64,000 bases of DNA from Squalus acanthias (Eukaryota): assembly GCA_030390025.1 (NCBI GenBank), contig CM059432.1, positions 44,146,001 through 44,210,000 on the forward strand, in the 5' to 3' direction. The notes under the pieces are model-generated. The model had not been told where the DNA came from. It did not search any database and worked only from the letters and a program-made list of their open reading frames with translations. Shown here piece by piece: positions 1-14,000 of the stretch. The first letter of the stretch is position 1. Each line of letters begins with the position of its first letter. The translations under genes and the position numbers were made by a program.

Positions 1-138
1 TGTGATTTTGTAAAATTAGTCCTTATGTATTCAGATTGTGGCAGTGAGGTAAAAAATGGAACAATGTTACAATAGCTTACTGATGATAACACTGTACAGA
101 TGCAACATAAGCAGCTCTTTATTTTGGTTTCCTTTTAG

Positions 139-229
139 ATCGTCTGTTGGCAGTGCATTGCCTCGAAGGCGTTGCTGTGCATATGTTACTGTTGGAATGA
201 TATGTGTTTTCATTGGAGTTGGTTTAACT
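139..229 (+). CDS. PIP4P2: PIP4P2/TMEM55A penultimate coding exon (phosphatidylinositol-4,5-bisphosphate 4-phosphatase 2)
   Basis: Acceptor ttttag| at 138 and donor |gtaagt at 230. The 91 nt encode SSVGSALPRRRCCAYVTVGMICVFIGVGLT, which I recognise as the TMEM55A first transmembrane segment. Confidence 0.95.
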
Positions 230-398
230 GTAAGTAGAACTTAATCAGGTTGAAGCACTTATATAAAAACAGTATTGATTCGCAAGACATTTATGTATTG
301 TGTTTTTACTTCCTGATATTTGCGTGTAATAAATTTTTGTGTCTTGTAAATGTATTCCCACTTATGCTTGGCACTATTTCTGTTTGTTCTAAACTTTA

Positions 399-1241
399 GG
401 GCCCAGATTTTGCAGTGGTAATGACGGTGAAACTGTCAGCCTTCACCGTCATTACCCTCTGAAACTAACCTTAACTTCAGGATTCAGTGCATGCGCAGAT
501 AAGTACGGAATTCCTGAAGTTGCGGTCAGTCATTCCCTGCTCCGCCACTGGTTGCGCTGTGGAACTCCCCATAGCCAGCAATTACTGAAATCACTTGAAC
601 TGACGAAAATGCCCCCTTTTCCGCGCTAATATCGCTGTTAAAAAAACCCATAAAAAGTTAAGCCTTGTTCAGTGAGGTGTAACTGGGTTTTTAAACGGCG
701 TTCTGAGCAATGTTCCCCCTAATTTTTTTGGCTGTGCGGCCCATTCACAGTTTCGTGCATGTGCAAAATTTAACATTAGAAAATCCGGTTCCGGGCTGCG
801 AGAGGGACCAGCAGAGAGCTGCGCAGTTGCTTCTGAGTGATACTGCTGAAAAGTTCTGGCCCTGAAAAACTAACTTTATATTTATGGAATGCTAAATTTC
901 TCCATTATGATAAATTATTAGATTTTTAAAATAATAAATATATTTTTTTTAAGTTTATGATATTTCAGATACTACCTTAAAACCCATGTGTATGTCCCAA
1001 TCTTTATTTAGCTCGTGGAAAATTTTAAAAAGTGAATGATAAAAGCTGCTTTTTATTTCCAGTTTGCTGTCTGAGAATTCCTCAATGTGATTGGCTGCTA
1101 AGCCAGCTTGATGACATCACTGCTGGTGGACGCTGGCGATCCCCTATCGACAGCGCTGCAATAAAATTAGCGTCAAGAAAACTAAAGTTTACGCCACAGA
1201 GATCTTTGTGGGCAGCTTAACCACTGACCGCAAATTCCGGG
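399..1241. mobile_element. Harbinger-type non-autonomous DNA transposon (MITE)
   Basis: Imperfect TIRs gggcccagattttgcag... and ...ccgcaaattccggg, same style as the other Harbinger ends in the window. Confidence 0.55.
708..829. mobile_element. hAT-type MITE nested in the Harbinger MITE
   Basis: Begins caatgttccccctaatt (same end recurs at 45464). Flanked by an 8-bp TSD gttctgag (700-707) / cttctgag (830-837). Confidence 0.55.
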
Positions 1242-1774
1242 TTTTTATTTTCATTTTGCCTGTAGAAAGGAACATTCCTTTGTAATCAGAATTAAATAGT
1301 CTAGGAATACTAGACATATATACAGCCTTTGTTGTGAGGGGGAGGCTTCTGGAAATCGTGGGGGTGGGGGAGATCGGATCACGGGGAGGGAAGAGATAAA
1401 GATCGCAGGTGGAGGGTTCTGAAGATCATGGCGGGGAAGGCGGGGGAGAGATCGGATCTTGTGCAGGCAGTTTACATTCTACCTATGGCTGTAATCTACT
1501 TCTTTAATGTTCTGAGGGAAAAATTTGCAAAAGTTCTTTCTTGTTTCATAAAGGTAATTTAGCAAAATTCTAGGAAGAATCATTTCAAAATGTTTATAGT
1601 ATTGTTGTAAATATCTTCATTCAATTCTTGCTCATGGATTTCCACAGTTGAAATGTTCTTAATCCCAACAGCATACATTCATGTTCAAGGGCCATTTCAT
1701 TATTTCATAGATTTGTAACTAACTATTCAAAAAAAAAAGTGCATTTCTGCTTCAGATGCATCTGGTTACATTTA

Positions 1775-3820
1775 AGAACATAAGAACATAACATAAGAAA
1801 TAGGAGCGGGAGTAGGCCAATCGGCCCCTCGAGCCTGCTCCGCCATTCAATAAGATCATGGCTGATCTGATCCTAACCGCCAATCTACTATCTATCACAG
1901 AACCATCTCCTGCATCTAACAGAATTGCACACACGAAATAGGAGCAGAATCAGGCTACACGGTCCCTGGGCCCGCTCCACTACCCACAGGGCCATGACCG
2001 ATCCGAACCTAGACTCATGTCCAAATTCCTGCCCGCTCCCCGTAACCCTTAATGCCCTTTACTTCTAGGAAACTGTCTATTTCTGTTTTAAATTTATTTA
2101 ATGATGTAGCTTCTACAGCTTTTTGTGGCAGCATATTCCATGGACCTACCACCCTCTGAGTGAAGTAGTTCCTCCTCATCTCAGTTTTGAAAGAGCAGCC
2201 CCTTATTCTAAGACTATGTCCCCTAGTTCTAGTCTCACCCGTCATCGGGAACATCCTCCCCGCATCCACCCGATCCAACCCCTTCACAATCTTATATGTT
2301 TCAATAAGATCGCCTCTCATTCTTCTGAACTCCAATGAGTAGAGTCCCAATCTACCCAACCTCTCCTCATATGACCACCCCCTCATCCCCGGGATTAACC
2401 GAGTGAACCTTTTTTGCACTGCCTCGAGAGCAAGGATGTCTTTCCTTAAGTAAGGACACCAAAACTGTATGCAGTATTCCAGGTGCGGTCTCACCAATAC
2501 CTTGTACAACTGAAGCAATACCTCCCTATTTTTATATTCTATCCCCCTAGCAATGAAAGCCAACATTCCATTTGCCTTCTTAATCACTTGCTGCACCTGC
2601 ATACTAACCTTTTGAGTTTCGTGCACCAGGACCCCCAGATCCCTTTGCACTTCAGTACTCTCCAGTTTCTTGCCATTAAGATAATAAATTGCTCTAGGAT
2701 TTTTCCTGCCAAAGTGCATCACCTCACACTTTCCAGTGTTGTATTCCATCTGCCAAATCTCTGCCCACTTACTTAGCCTGTCTATGTCCCCTTGCAGGTT
2801 TTTATGTCCTCCTCACTCACTACTTTCCCTCCCATCTTTGTATCATCTGCAAATTTTGATATGTTACACTTGGTCCCTTCCTCCAAATCGTTAATATAGA
2901 TTGTAAAGAGTTGGGGACCCAGCACTGACCCCTGTGGAACACCACTAGTTACTGATTGCCAGTCTGAGAATGAACCATTTATCCCAACTCTTTGCTTTCT
3001 GTTAGATAGCCAATCCTCTATCCATGCCAGAATATTACCCCCAATCCCGTGATTTTTTACCTTAAGCAATAATCTTTTGTGTGGCACCTTGTCAAATGCC
3101 TTTTGGAAGTCTAAATACACTACGTCCACTGGTTCCCCTTTATCCACTCTATATGTTACTTCCTCAAAGAACTCCAGCAAATTTGTCAAACATGACTTCC
3201 CCTTCGTAAAACCATGCTGACTTTGTCCTATTAAATTATGATTATCCAAATGTCCTGTTACTGTTTCCTTAATAATGGACTCCAAAATTTTACCTACCAC
3301 AGATGTTAGGCTAACCGGTCTATAGTTACCAGCCTTCTGTCTACTGCCCTTTTTAAATAAGGGTGTTACATTAGCAGTTTTCCAGTCTGCCGGGACCTTA
3401 GCGGAATCCAGGGAGTTTTGAAAAATTATTACCAATGCATCTACAATCCCTACCGCCACTTCCTTCAAGACTCTAGGATGTAAGCCATCAGGTCCAGGTG
3501 ATTTATCCGCCTTGAGTCCATTATTTTACCGAGTACCACTTCCTTAGTGATTTTGATCGTGTTTAGCTCCTCTCCCCCTATAGCCCCCTGTTTGTCCAGT
3601 GTTGGGATATTCTTAGTGTCCTCTACTGTAAAGACTGATACAAAATATTCATTCAGTGTTTTTGCCATCTCCATATTTCCCACCATTAATTTCCCAGTCT
3701 CATCCTCTAAGGGACCAACATTTACTTTAGACACCCTTTTTCTTTTTATATAACTATAAAAACTCTTACTATCTGTTTTTATATTTTTTGCTAATTTACT
3801 TTCATAATCTATCTCCCCTT
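1775..3820 (-). mobile_element. CR1 LINE, 5'-truncated, frameshifted RT
   Basis: ORFs 3465-3734, 2782-3468 and 2015-2749 contain [27 protein letters not shown] and KFADD. Short microsatellite 3' tail near 1775. Confidence 0.95.
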
Positions 3821-4214
3821 TAGCGCATGGTTTGTTTAGTATATATTCATACCTCTAATTTCACCTGATTTTACACAAATAACTTCTCCACATCTACCTG
3901 AGGGATCATCCTCATTTTTTTTTAAAACTTGGAACATGTCCAAAGTGATGTGCATCTCGGTTTTTGTCGATGTCAATCAAGCTAACCACTGAGTAATAAA
4001 ACTAGATGACATTGATAAACTTGCATAGCCTTAAGCATATTTGGTTCATCCAGTCCTGTTTGTAATCTGATACAGTACTTGCAGCATATTCCATTATTTA
4101 GTTGCAATGACTTGCTTGTGTATACACTGTAAAGCAATATCAAGTCACTGGCAGTGGAAGAATAAAGAACATTGAAACATCACTAGTTGCAATCAAATAT
4201 CCTATGGACCCATT

Positions 4215-4918
4215 GGGCTGGATTTTGATACTGGGGCAGGTTGGGGTTGTGTCATCCGCATTTCAGGTTATCCACCCGACTGCAATTGGATGTGGGAGAT
4301 TGATGCAATTTTCACCTAATTGGGCAATTGAGTTCCAGCATGTGGGAACCCATGAACCAATTAGTGGTTTCAGTCTGAAAGTCGCCTCTGATGATGTCGT
4401 CATCATTGCTGCTGCATTGAAGGTCAGAGACTGCCTGGCTTTTGCTGTGAGAGGACCTGGATGCAAAATGAGCAGCAGCTCTAAGGAGAGAGAGAGAGAG
4501 AGGGGCCAGGCAGTCTCAGACCTTCAATGCAGCAGCATCAGAGGCGACTTTCACACCTAATACTACTACTTCCTTCATCACATCTCCGTTGTAATAGTGG
4601 ACCTGCAGCTGATAGTCAGCTATCCAAATGTGCTCCCGCCAGGTTTCACAATCGTGGTTCAGAACAGGCGTGCTTCACGTAGATCAAGGGTTAAAATCAC
4701 AAACGCCTTTCAAAATGGCATTATAGAGCCAATTTAGTGCTCGTTAAGGGCCTTAACAGCCTATCCCGCCTCTTAAAGGCGGGACGGAGTCGGGACCAGC
4801 AGACACGATTTAATAAAAATTGCATGGAGGCGGACTTGTGCCCGCCCACCAGTTTTCGCAATTTTAACCCCCCACACGCCTCCAAACCTGCCTCCATGGG
4901 TCAATGAAAATCCAGCCC
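4215..4918. mobile_element. Harbinger-type MITE
   Basis: Perfect 12-bp TIR gggctggatttt / aaaatccagccc and 3-bp TSD att on both sides. Confidence 0.8.
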
Positions 4919-5239
4919 ATTATGTTTCATGTAATCAACCAGATGATGCCCCTATCTTCAATTTGCCTTCTAACAAGATACCTATCCTGTTTTTTTGTTA
5001 AAGGAGTTAATTAACACAATTTTAACTTTTTTTCCTGGGAGTCTGTTCCAAATATCTACCACTCTGAAAGAAAAACATTTCTTCTAATCTTAAGTATTGC
5101 TTCAGGCTTATTAATTTTTTACATAAACAGGTTATTTAACTTGAGCATAGAACTGAAAGACACATCTGTATTACCTACACCTTTCAGAATTTTAAAAACC
5201 TGAATCACCACCTTTTTTTTGTTGATCCAATGTAAAGAC

Positions 5240-6110
5240 ATTGGTGGCAATTTTAACTTGTACCTAGTATTAACAGGGCAATAACGGCCTCAAAATGAAG
5301 TCAGTAGCCTTACTATCCTGTTACCCTTGACGATGCGGCTGGCGCTGTTTTAAAAGAAATCTACCGCAGGGCGCCCAAAGCGCCTGCCTATTTCACGCAA
5401 TAAGCTGCTTTTAATATGCCAATCAGGGTCCTAGGAGTGAAGGAGAACCGTCTCTGTACGGCTTAGGGTTGGTTGGACTTCTTGGCCTAGAAATTGGGTC
5501 ATGACAATTTTTGGGCACGCTGGGGAGGTAGTTCGTGCTCCCCATGCCTGAATGATGAGGCCCAAGGCTCTCCTGATATTGGGCCTTGCCCCTCAATTTA
5601 ATCTTCCTGATGGAGAGCCCGCTGGTGACAAGCACTCCAAGTTTGGGCATCTGCTAGTGTCACAGCAGCCCTCGGGTAAGTGTTGTCGGGGATTGGGATG
5701 GGGGTCTGGGTCGGAGCAGAAGGGAGATCGGGATCAGGGGTCTGGCCAGGAGTGACAGCGATGAGTGGGGTTGGGATCGATGGTGATTGAGGGGTGGGGG
5801 TGTCGGGAGCGGTGGCGATTTGCGGGGCGGGGGTGAGGTGGTGGGGGGGGGCTGCGGTCGGGAGTGCTGACGTTGGGAGCGGCTCCTGCTCCACGTTCAG
5901 GTAAGTTTCTTACCATTTTCATTGCAGGCAATCTCTAGGGCCAGTTCCCCTGAGTGAATGTGCAAAGAGCCTAATGTCTGCTTCAGGCGTGGGTAAAGGA
6001 TCCCTCCCCATATTTTCCCTTACCCAATATGGCAGGCGGCGTACCTGCAGCTGGAAATGTGTGCACGTTTCCTGCCTCCCTGCCATATTGGGGCCTTAGT
6101 AATCCGAGCA
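5240..6110. mobile_element. Probable degraded non-autonomous DNA transposon with GC-rich core
   Basis: Harbinger-like left end (ggcaattttaac), GC-rich low-complexity interior and a short inverted repeat caatatggcagg/cctgccatattg. The right end is unclear. Confidence 0.3.
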
Positions 6111-6702
6111 GTGTCCCTTGTATGTGATTTCCTACAGAGGGAAGATCCTGACCAATAACCATCTCGTCGTTGGTATGCTCCCGCATGTGTCCTTTTCCTG
6201 CTTTTGTCAATGGGATGTAGAAGAACCTGATGTATAGATTTCCTTCTGGGTTAAAGGAGTCCTGCCAGACAAGCCTTTATGCAGACAAATCTCTGCATTG
6301 ATGTGCATTTTCCTGTCAGCTATGTGGCCTTGCTTACAACAGATAGCTCCTGGTTTCCTGTAATGGACTATCTGCTGACCAAAGGAGAGGCACTGCTGGC
6401 TGAGTCACTTATTTGTAATGTCCACACGTACATGCCTTTTTATATTAAAAAAAGTGCTAAGTCAAGAGATATTCCCTAGCTGTAAGAATCACTAGGTTCA
6501 GGGATTAGCAGTACATCAGTAAGTTGGACTGAATGTTGCCAGAGACACTGGAGGTCATTTTCACTTCTGGCGGTAGTGGATATAGTCAATGGAAAGGAAA
6601 AACAGGTGGGAGGTATCATGAGCATCCAATCTGCTACCATCAGTTTTCTGTCCCTGCTGAAAATGAAATTTACCCCCATTAATTGTTTCAATATTTCATA
6701 AG

Positions 6703-8128
6703 GAGGATTCTTGCGATGACTTTCCCTGTGGCAGACAGCAGGGAGACTCCTCTGTAATTACCGCAATTGGACTTGTTACCTTTCTTGAAAATGGTCACGA
6801 TTACGGCATCTCTGAGATCCCCTGGCATGCTCTCCTCCTTCCAAATAAGAGAAATGAGTTCATGTATTCGCGCCAATAGTGCTTTTCCACCATGTTTTAG
6901 CACCTCGGCGGGGAGTCCATCTGCTCCTGAGACCTTGTGGTTCTTCAGTTGTCGGATGGCCTTTTCAACCTCATGCTGGGCTGGGGTTGTGCTGAGGTGG
7001 TGGCGGGTAGCATGCTGCGGGATGGAGTTGAGGACACTTGCATCGAAGACAGAGTCTCTGTTGAGATCTTCGAAGTGCTCCTTCCAGCGGGCACTGACTG
7101 CCTCTCTGTCCTTGATGAGTACCTCTCCGTTCTTGGCCCGCAGTGGGATAGGACCTTGGGTGCTTGGGCCGTAGGGTCTTGACTGCACTAAAGAAGCCAC
7201 GCACGTCATGCTTGTCGGCTAGCTGCTGGATCTCCTGCGCTTTCTCCACCCGCCATCTGTTCTTTAGGTCGCGAGTTTTTTGTTGGACCTCGGCCTTCAG
7301 GCGTCTGTAGAGCTGCTTTCTTGCTCTCGAGTTCTTTTGCTGTTTCCAGATCAGGAATGCCTTGCGCTTGCGACCGATTAGCTCCTGGATCTCCTGGTCA
7401 TTCTCGTCGAACCAGTCTTGGTGTTTCCTGGTCGAGTGACCAAGCGTCTCTTCACAGGTGCTGATTATGGAGGCCTTGAGTGCAGACCAGGTGCTGTGGA
7501 CACTCTTTCTCTGAATCACTGGGAGTCGTCAGGTTGGTTGTGAGGCGCAGGCTGAATAGGGCTTTCTTAGCAGGGTCTCTGAGTGCTCCAGCGTTGATTA
7601 TCCTGCGGCATTGCTTCTGTTGCCGCCGCTGTTTTGGGGCTACGTTGATGGAGATGACAGAGCGGATTAGGCGGTGGTCTGTCCAGCAGTCATCGGCTCC
7701 TGTCATGGCGCGGGTGATGCGGACGTCCTTGCGGTCTCTCGCTCGGACGATGACGTAGTCCAGCAGATGCCAGTGCTTGGAGTGAGGGTGTTGCCATGAA
7801 GCCTTGTACTTGTCTCTCTGACGGAACAAGGTGTTGATTATGACAAGGCCATGTTCTAAGCATTTCATCAGGAGGAGGGTACCGTTGGAGTTGACTTTCC
7901 CTACCTCCTCTCTGCCGATCACACTTCCCCAGAGGTCTGTGTCCTTTCCAACTCTGGCGTTGAAGTCGCCAAGGAGGATCAGCTTGTTGCCTGTTGGGAC
8001 TCGAGACAGGGATTGTTCGAGGCTGGAGTAGAATTCCTCTTTGGTCTCGTCTGTGGCTTCTAGTGTTGGGGCGTATGCACTGATGACCGCAGCGCACTGG
8101 TTCCGGGCTAGGGTGAGCCGTAGAGAAC
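6703..8128 (-). mobile_element. RTE-clade LINE internal fragment (endonuclease to start of RT), frameshifted
   Basis: SAYAPT, LLGDFNARVG, HWHLLDYVIVR, DCWTDHRL, QDWFDEND and CGNYRGVSLLS across three overlapping ORFs. Confidence 0.9.
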
Positions 8129-8149
8129 ATAACAACTTTTTAGTAAGAG

Positions 8150-8760
8150 TATAAAAACTTTAGACTCAACAAGCTCATCTCTTTAATTATAGGTCAACCC
8201 CATTTCCCCACCTTCTAACTCTATCCCTCAATCTGCTGTCTTTATAAATGCATCTAATTGTCTCTTGAACTCATTTAAACTGTCTGTTTAATTGGTCCTT
8301 CCTGGTTATTTGATTGCACTTTGGCTGCATAGTTCCACTTAACTTCCCTTATTACTCCTAACTTCTTCAATCTTTAATTTCTGTTCCGTGAGATTTGAAT
8401 GTTCCACTTCAGTTGTCTGGATCGGTCTTGTCAATTCCTTTCGTACTCTTGAAAGTTTTAGTTATATCATCTTCAAGTCCCCTCTTTTCCAAAAATAACT
8501 CCCAACTCTCTCAACCTTTTCTCATAACTTAACTTCCTTATACACAGAATCATCCTTGGTGCTCTGCTCTGTCTCAAGGGCAGTAATATCTTTCCTGTGA
8601 TCAAATGACCAAAACTGCACACAGCACTCCAGAATAGGTTTGGTCTGAACAATGCGTTTTATAGCAACATTACAACCTTGTTTTGTATTCTATCCTTCTG
8701 CAAATGGAACCATTACCTTATTTGTTTTCCTGTTAAGCAGCTAAAAACTGTATTGATTGT
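8150..8760 (-). mobile_element. Old, highly diverged CR1 3' fragment
   Basis: Degenerate CR1 hallmarks such as gaccaaaactgcacacagcactcc. Confidence 0.5.
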
Positions 8761-9637
8761 TGAATTTCTCTTTGCTCTACTTTTAATTATTTGAAGGGAC
8801 TGCTTTTAAATGTTAGTTTGCATTTTGTATCAGTGGTATTTTTCATCACTTGATGTGCACAGTGAGTAGGGCATAGGCCCTTCTGATGGGTAGGTATGTA
8901 TGTTCCTGAGATCAGTTAAATCTATAATTTAGATTGGATGTTTAAGAACAGTAGGTGAGTTGTCTTTGGTCTTTTCTGCATGTACAGATAATTTTGCAGT
9001 GTTGATATACGGGCGTGGTCTTATTTTGGGGAAGTGAATTCCAAGTGGTCTGTGAAAAGCCCTACAGCATGGTGTACATAGACTTCCAAAAAGCATTTGA
9101 CAAAGTTCCTCATGAAAAGCTACTAGTTAAGCAGTGAGGATTCAGAGTATAACTTGGAATAGCTAAGAAATTGGCTGAAGAATGGAACACAGTAGAGGAA
9201 TATGTCAGGGTGGGGGATTGCTGAGTGGCATACCCTCGGGATTGGCATGTGGGAGGGGGGCAGGTGGAGCTGTTGTGTCTTTCTGAAAGGATGAACTAAG
9301 ATGGAGGGAATGTCCTTCTTTATCGATATTTATCTTGTGATCTCCCTTATACTTATCAATTGGCCACGTAGCTTAATATTAGAAAATGTAAATCAATTTA
9401 TGAGTAGTGTGAACAGTTTGATGACCAGTTTTCTCAATTTATAGACTGAAAAGTAACTGCTGGCCAATCAATTAACTTAAAATGTTTTTAATTAAATCTC
9501 TGTATGCATTCATGCATGTATGTTGAATTGTGATTTTGGCCTTGTGATGGGGAAGTGATAGCTGGCATCAAGTAAGTACCAGTTTTAACTCCAGTTTAAT
9601 ACATCTATACAAGATTTAACTATTGTGTTTTTTTTAG

Positions 9638-9781
9638 GTTGGGACCCAAGAATTCGCCAGACGTTACACTGCAACATACGTTTCCTGGGTTTTTGCTTAT
9701 CTTCTAGGCTTAATCTGTCTAATCCGAGCTTGTTATTGGGGAGCCATAAAAGTTAGCTATCCTGAGCACACCTTTGCATAG
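9638..9781 (+). CDS. PIP4P2: PIP4P2/TMEM55A last coding exon
   Basis: Poly-T acceptor ttttag| at 9637. The 144 nt encode VGTQEFARRYTATYVSWVFAYLLGLICLIRACYWGAIKVSYPEHTFA*, in phase with the previous exon and matching the TMEM55A C-terminus. Confidence 0.96.
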   Translation, partial: VGTQEFARRYTATYVSWVFAYLLGLICLIRACYWGAIKVSYPEHTFA

Positions 9782-10690
9782 ACAAATCATTCATCCACAG
9801 AAGATGCGATGGTCTACAAATCTTTAATTCCAAGAAAATGGACATTTTCAAGTTAATGTAAATCAACTTCATAGACTGATTAGGCCCAAAGGGGATAATG
9901 GTGTCACAACATGTGCATATTGCACTATGGTTTAAGCAAGTAGGCATTTTTTGTTGCTGCTAGGTTGCTATGTTCTTAAGACAAATGCTGCATTTAAGTT
10001 GTTTGCAATGCACACTCCATTTTGTCTTAGTTAAATGTTGTCATGCAATCTCTGTTGAAATTCTTTAATAGTTTTTTGCTTTTTCTAGCAGTATTTTAAT
10101 GTTCACCGGTGCCACTGTTACTCTTTCGAGCTGCAACAAAGGAATGTGACAAAACAAATTGGCTTCATACACTTCAAAATATTTCTATACAGGCTTGATG
10201 TTTTTTAAATTGCTCCTGTGAATCTGAATATTCTGAACAAAACTGCATCATAGCTAAGCAATAAAAATAAGTTCTATATGTTGTATTTTGAATACTTTCA
10301 TACTTTTAAGTATTTGCTTTTTAAATTATAAAGCTTTTTAAAATGCCTACATTGAGACTATCAGAGCATTATGGTGGCAATAGTAAGTGATGCTTGATTT
10401 ATTGGATCATATTTATCTCATTGTGTAACTATACATACTATAATCATTTTGACAGTCCACTAAGCAGAAAAGCATCAGGAAAAGTTGTAGTTTTTGCTAT
10501 TATCATAGTAAGATGACCTAATTTAAGAATAAACACATACTACAGCTGTTGAATGTAATGTCAAAATTTGTACCAAATTAACCACAGATCCATTAACTAT
10601 GTTGCTTTACTGAAGTGGATACAGTCTTTTTTAAATAAGGTGATAGAAATTATTCTACAAATAAAACATAAAAATTTAAGTTGGTTGTAC
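9782..10690 (+). other. PIP4P2: PIP4P2 3' UTR with candidate polyadenylation signals
   Basis: AT-rich, repeat-free sequence after the stop. AATAAA at 10260, 10528 and 10660; the site actually used is unknown. Confidence 0.6.
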
Positions 10691-11079
10691 TGTTACTAAT
10701 TTTATGACTAAACAGTTTAGTAATGCAAATTTACAATGACAAGAGGCAAGCTGTTTATTTTTAAATTAACTTGTCTTAGTCTTTCTAACTTGGACATTGA
10801 ATTCAACGTTTAAGTGAAACTCTGTGAATTATTCTCATGTGCTGAAAGATATGATTCAGCCTTGGTAGTTGCGATATGGTGGTGGTCAGAAAAAAAAATG
10901 GAGGCAATTTTTACAGTTGCGCCCAAGATGGGTATGAAGTCACCAGATAGCTAAGGATTTTTAAACTAGGTATTAATCTAGTGGCCCTAAACGGATTTTT
11001 GTCAGATCCCATATATCTCCCACCATTTGAGGGATTCAATGTATGAAGAGGTTTAATGACCTCACATGAGCAGCAAAGG

Positions 11080-14000
11080 TCATAGTCATAGAGTTATATA
11101 GCACAGAAAGAGGCCCTTCTGCCCATCGTGTACGCGCCGGCCATCAAGCCCTGTCTATTCTAATCCCATTTTCCAGCACTTGGTCCGTAGCCTTGTATGC
11201 TATGGCGTTTCAAGTGCTCATCTAAATGCTTCTTGAATGTTGTGAGGGTTCCTGCCTCTACCACCCTTTCAGGCAGTGAGTTCCAGATTCCAACCACCCT
11301 CTGGGTGAAAAAGTTTTTCCTCAAATCCCCTCTAAACCTCCTGCCCCTTACCTTGAAACTATGCCCCCTGGTTATTGACCCCTCTACTAAGGGGAAAAGT
11401 TCCTTTCTATCCACCCTATCTATGCCCCTCATAATTTTGTACACCTCAATCAGGTCCCCCCTCAGCCTTCTCTGCTCTAAGGAAAACAACCCAAGCCTGT
11501 CCAGTCTCTCTTCATAGCTGAAGCGCTCCAGCCCAGGTAACATTCTGGTGAATCTCCTCTGCACCCTCTCCAATGCAATCACATCCTTCCTACACCAGAA
11601 CAGTATTCCAGCTGTGGCCTAACTAGCGTTTTGTACAGCTCCATCATAACCTCCCTGCTCTTATATTCTATGCCTCAGCTAATGAAGGTAAGTATCCCAT
11701 ATGCCTTTTTAACCACCGTATCTATCTGTCCTGCTGCCTTCAGGGATCTATGTACATGCACACCAAGGTCCCTCTGATCCTCTGTCCTTCCTCGGGTCCT
11801 ACCATTCATTGTATATTCCCTTGCCTTGTTGGTCCTCCCAAAATGCATCACCTCACACTTTTCAGGGTTAAATTCCATTTGCCACTGTTCTGCCCATCTA
11901 ACCAACCTGTCTATCGTCCTGTAGCCTGAGGCTTCCCTCCTCGCTATTTACCACTCCACCAATTTTTGTGTCATCTGCGAACTTACTGATCATATATCCT
12001 ACATTCATATCTAAATCATTAATGTACACTACAAACAGCAAAGGACCCAGCACCGATCCCTGCGGTACACCACTGGACACAGGCTTCCAGTCACAAAAAC
12101 AACCTTCGACCATCACCCTCTGCCTCCTGCCACTAAGCCAATTTTGGATCCAATGTGCCAAATTGCCCTGGATCCCATGGGCTCTTACCTTCTTGACCAG
12201 TCTCCCATGCGGGACTTTGTCAAAAGCCTTACTGAAGTCCATGTAGACTACATCAACTGCACTACCCTCATCCACACACCTAGTCACCCCCTCTCAAAAT
12301 TCAATCAAATTGGTTAGACATGATCTCCCCCTGACAAAGCCATGCTGACTATCCTTGATTAATCCTTGCCTCTCCAAGTGGAGACTAATTCTGTCCCTCA
12401 GAATTTTTTCCAATAATTTCCCTACCACTGATGTTAGGCTCACTGGCCTGTAATTCCCTGGTTTATCCCTACTACCCTTCTTGAATAATGGTACTACATT
12501 AGCTGTTTCCAGTCCTCTGGCACCTCCCCTGTGGCCAGAGAGGTTCTGAAAATTTGTGTCAGAGCCCCTGCAATCTCCTCCCTTGCCTCACACAGCAGCC
12601 TGGGATACATCTCGTCTGGGCCTGGGGATTTATCCACTTTTAAGCCCGCTAAAACCGCTAGTACCTCCTCCCTCGCGATACTAATTTGTTCAAGTATATC
12701 ACAATCCCCCTGCCTAATTTCTATGCCTACATCGTCCTTCTCCATAGTGAACACAGATGCAAAATATTCATTTAAAACCTCACCCACATCTTCTGGCTCT
12801 ACACACAGATTGCCACTTTACATAGATACATAGATACATAGAAGATAGGAGCAGGAGTAGGCCAGCCGGCCCTTCGAGCCTGCTCCGCCATTTAATGAGA
12901 TCATGGCTGATCCTCCAATTCAGTATCCCGTCCCCGCCTTCTCTCCGTAACCCTTAACCCCTTTTGCCTGTAGAAATATATCTAATTCCCTCTTAAATAT
13001 ATTTAATGAGCTGGCGTACACTGCCCTCTGTGGCAATGAGTTCCACAGGTTCACCACCCTCTGAGTGAAGAAATTCCCCCTCATTTCTGTCCTAAATGGT
13101 TTAGCCCTTATCCTTAAATTATGTCCTCTAGTTCTGTTCTCACCCGCCAAGGGAAACATTCCTTCTGCATCTAGTCTGTCTAGACCTGTCAGAATTTTAT
13201 ACACTTCTATGAGGTCCCCTCTCAATCTTCTAAACTCCAGTGTGTACATCCCTAAACTACATAGTCTCTCCTCATAGGTCAATCCCGCCATTCCTGGTAT
13301 CAGCCTGGTGAATCGCCGCTGCACCCCCTCCATGGCAAGAACATCTTTCCTCAGATGAGGCGACCAAAACTGTACACAGTACTCGAGGTGTGGTCTCACC
13401 AGTGCCCTGTACAGCTGCAGCAAGGTATCCCTGTTCCTGTATTCCAACCCTTTTGCTATGAAGGCCAGCATACCGTTTGCCTTCTTGATCGCCTGTTGCA
13501 CCTGCATGCTCGCCTTCAGTGACTGGTGTACAAGAACACCCAGGTCTCTCTGTACTTCCCCCTCTCCCAATTTATTGCCATTTAAATAATAATTTGCCCT
13601 CCCGTTCCTGCACCCAAGGTGGATAACTTCGCACTTGTCCACATTATAGTGCATCTGCCATTTATCCGCCCAATCACCCAGTCTGTCCAAATCGCTCTGG
13701 AGCTTCCTGGTCTCCTCCTCTGAGCCCACCCCCCCTCCTAGTTTAGTGTCGTCTGCAAATTTGGAAATGCTGCATCCGACTCCCTGATCCAGGTCATTAA
13801 TGTAAATTGTGAACAGCTGGGGACCCAGGACAGATCCCTGTGGTACCCCACTTGTTACTGCCTGCCATTCAGAAAATGAGCCGTTTATTCCAACTCTCTG
13901 TTTTCTATCTGACAGCCAGTTCTCTATCCACGTCAATACTTTCCCCTTTATCCCATGAGCTTCAATTTTCCCTGCTAATCTTTTATGTGGGACCTTATCG

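Noticed and set aside
56..244. 62-aa ORF as a standalone gene
   Set aside because: Only 139-229 is exonic PIP4P2; the rest is intron read-through.
5598..5931. Pro-rich ORFs
   Set aside because: Arise from GC-rich low-complexity sequence inside a probable MITE.
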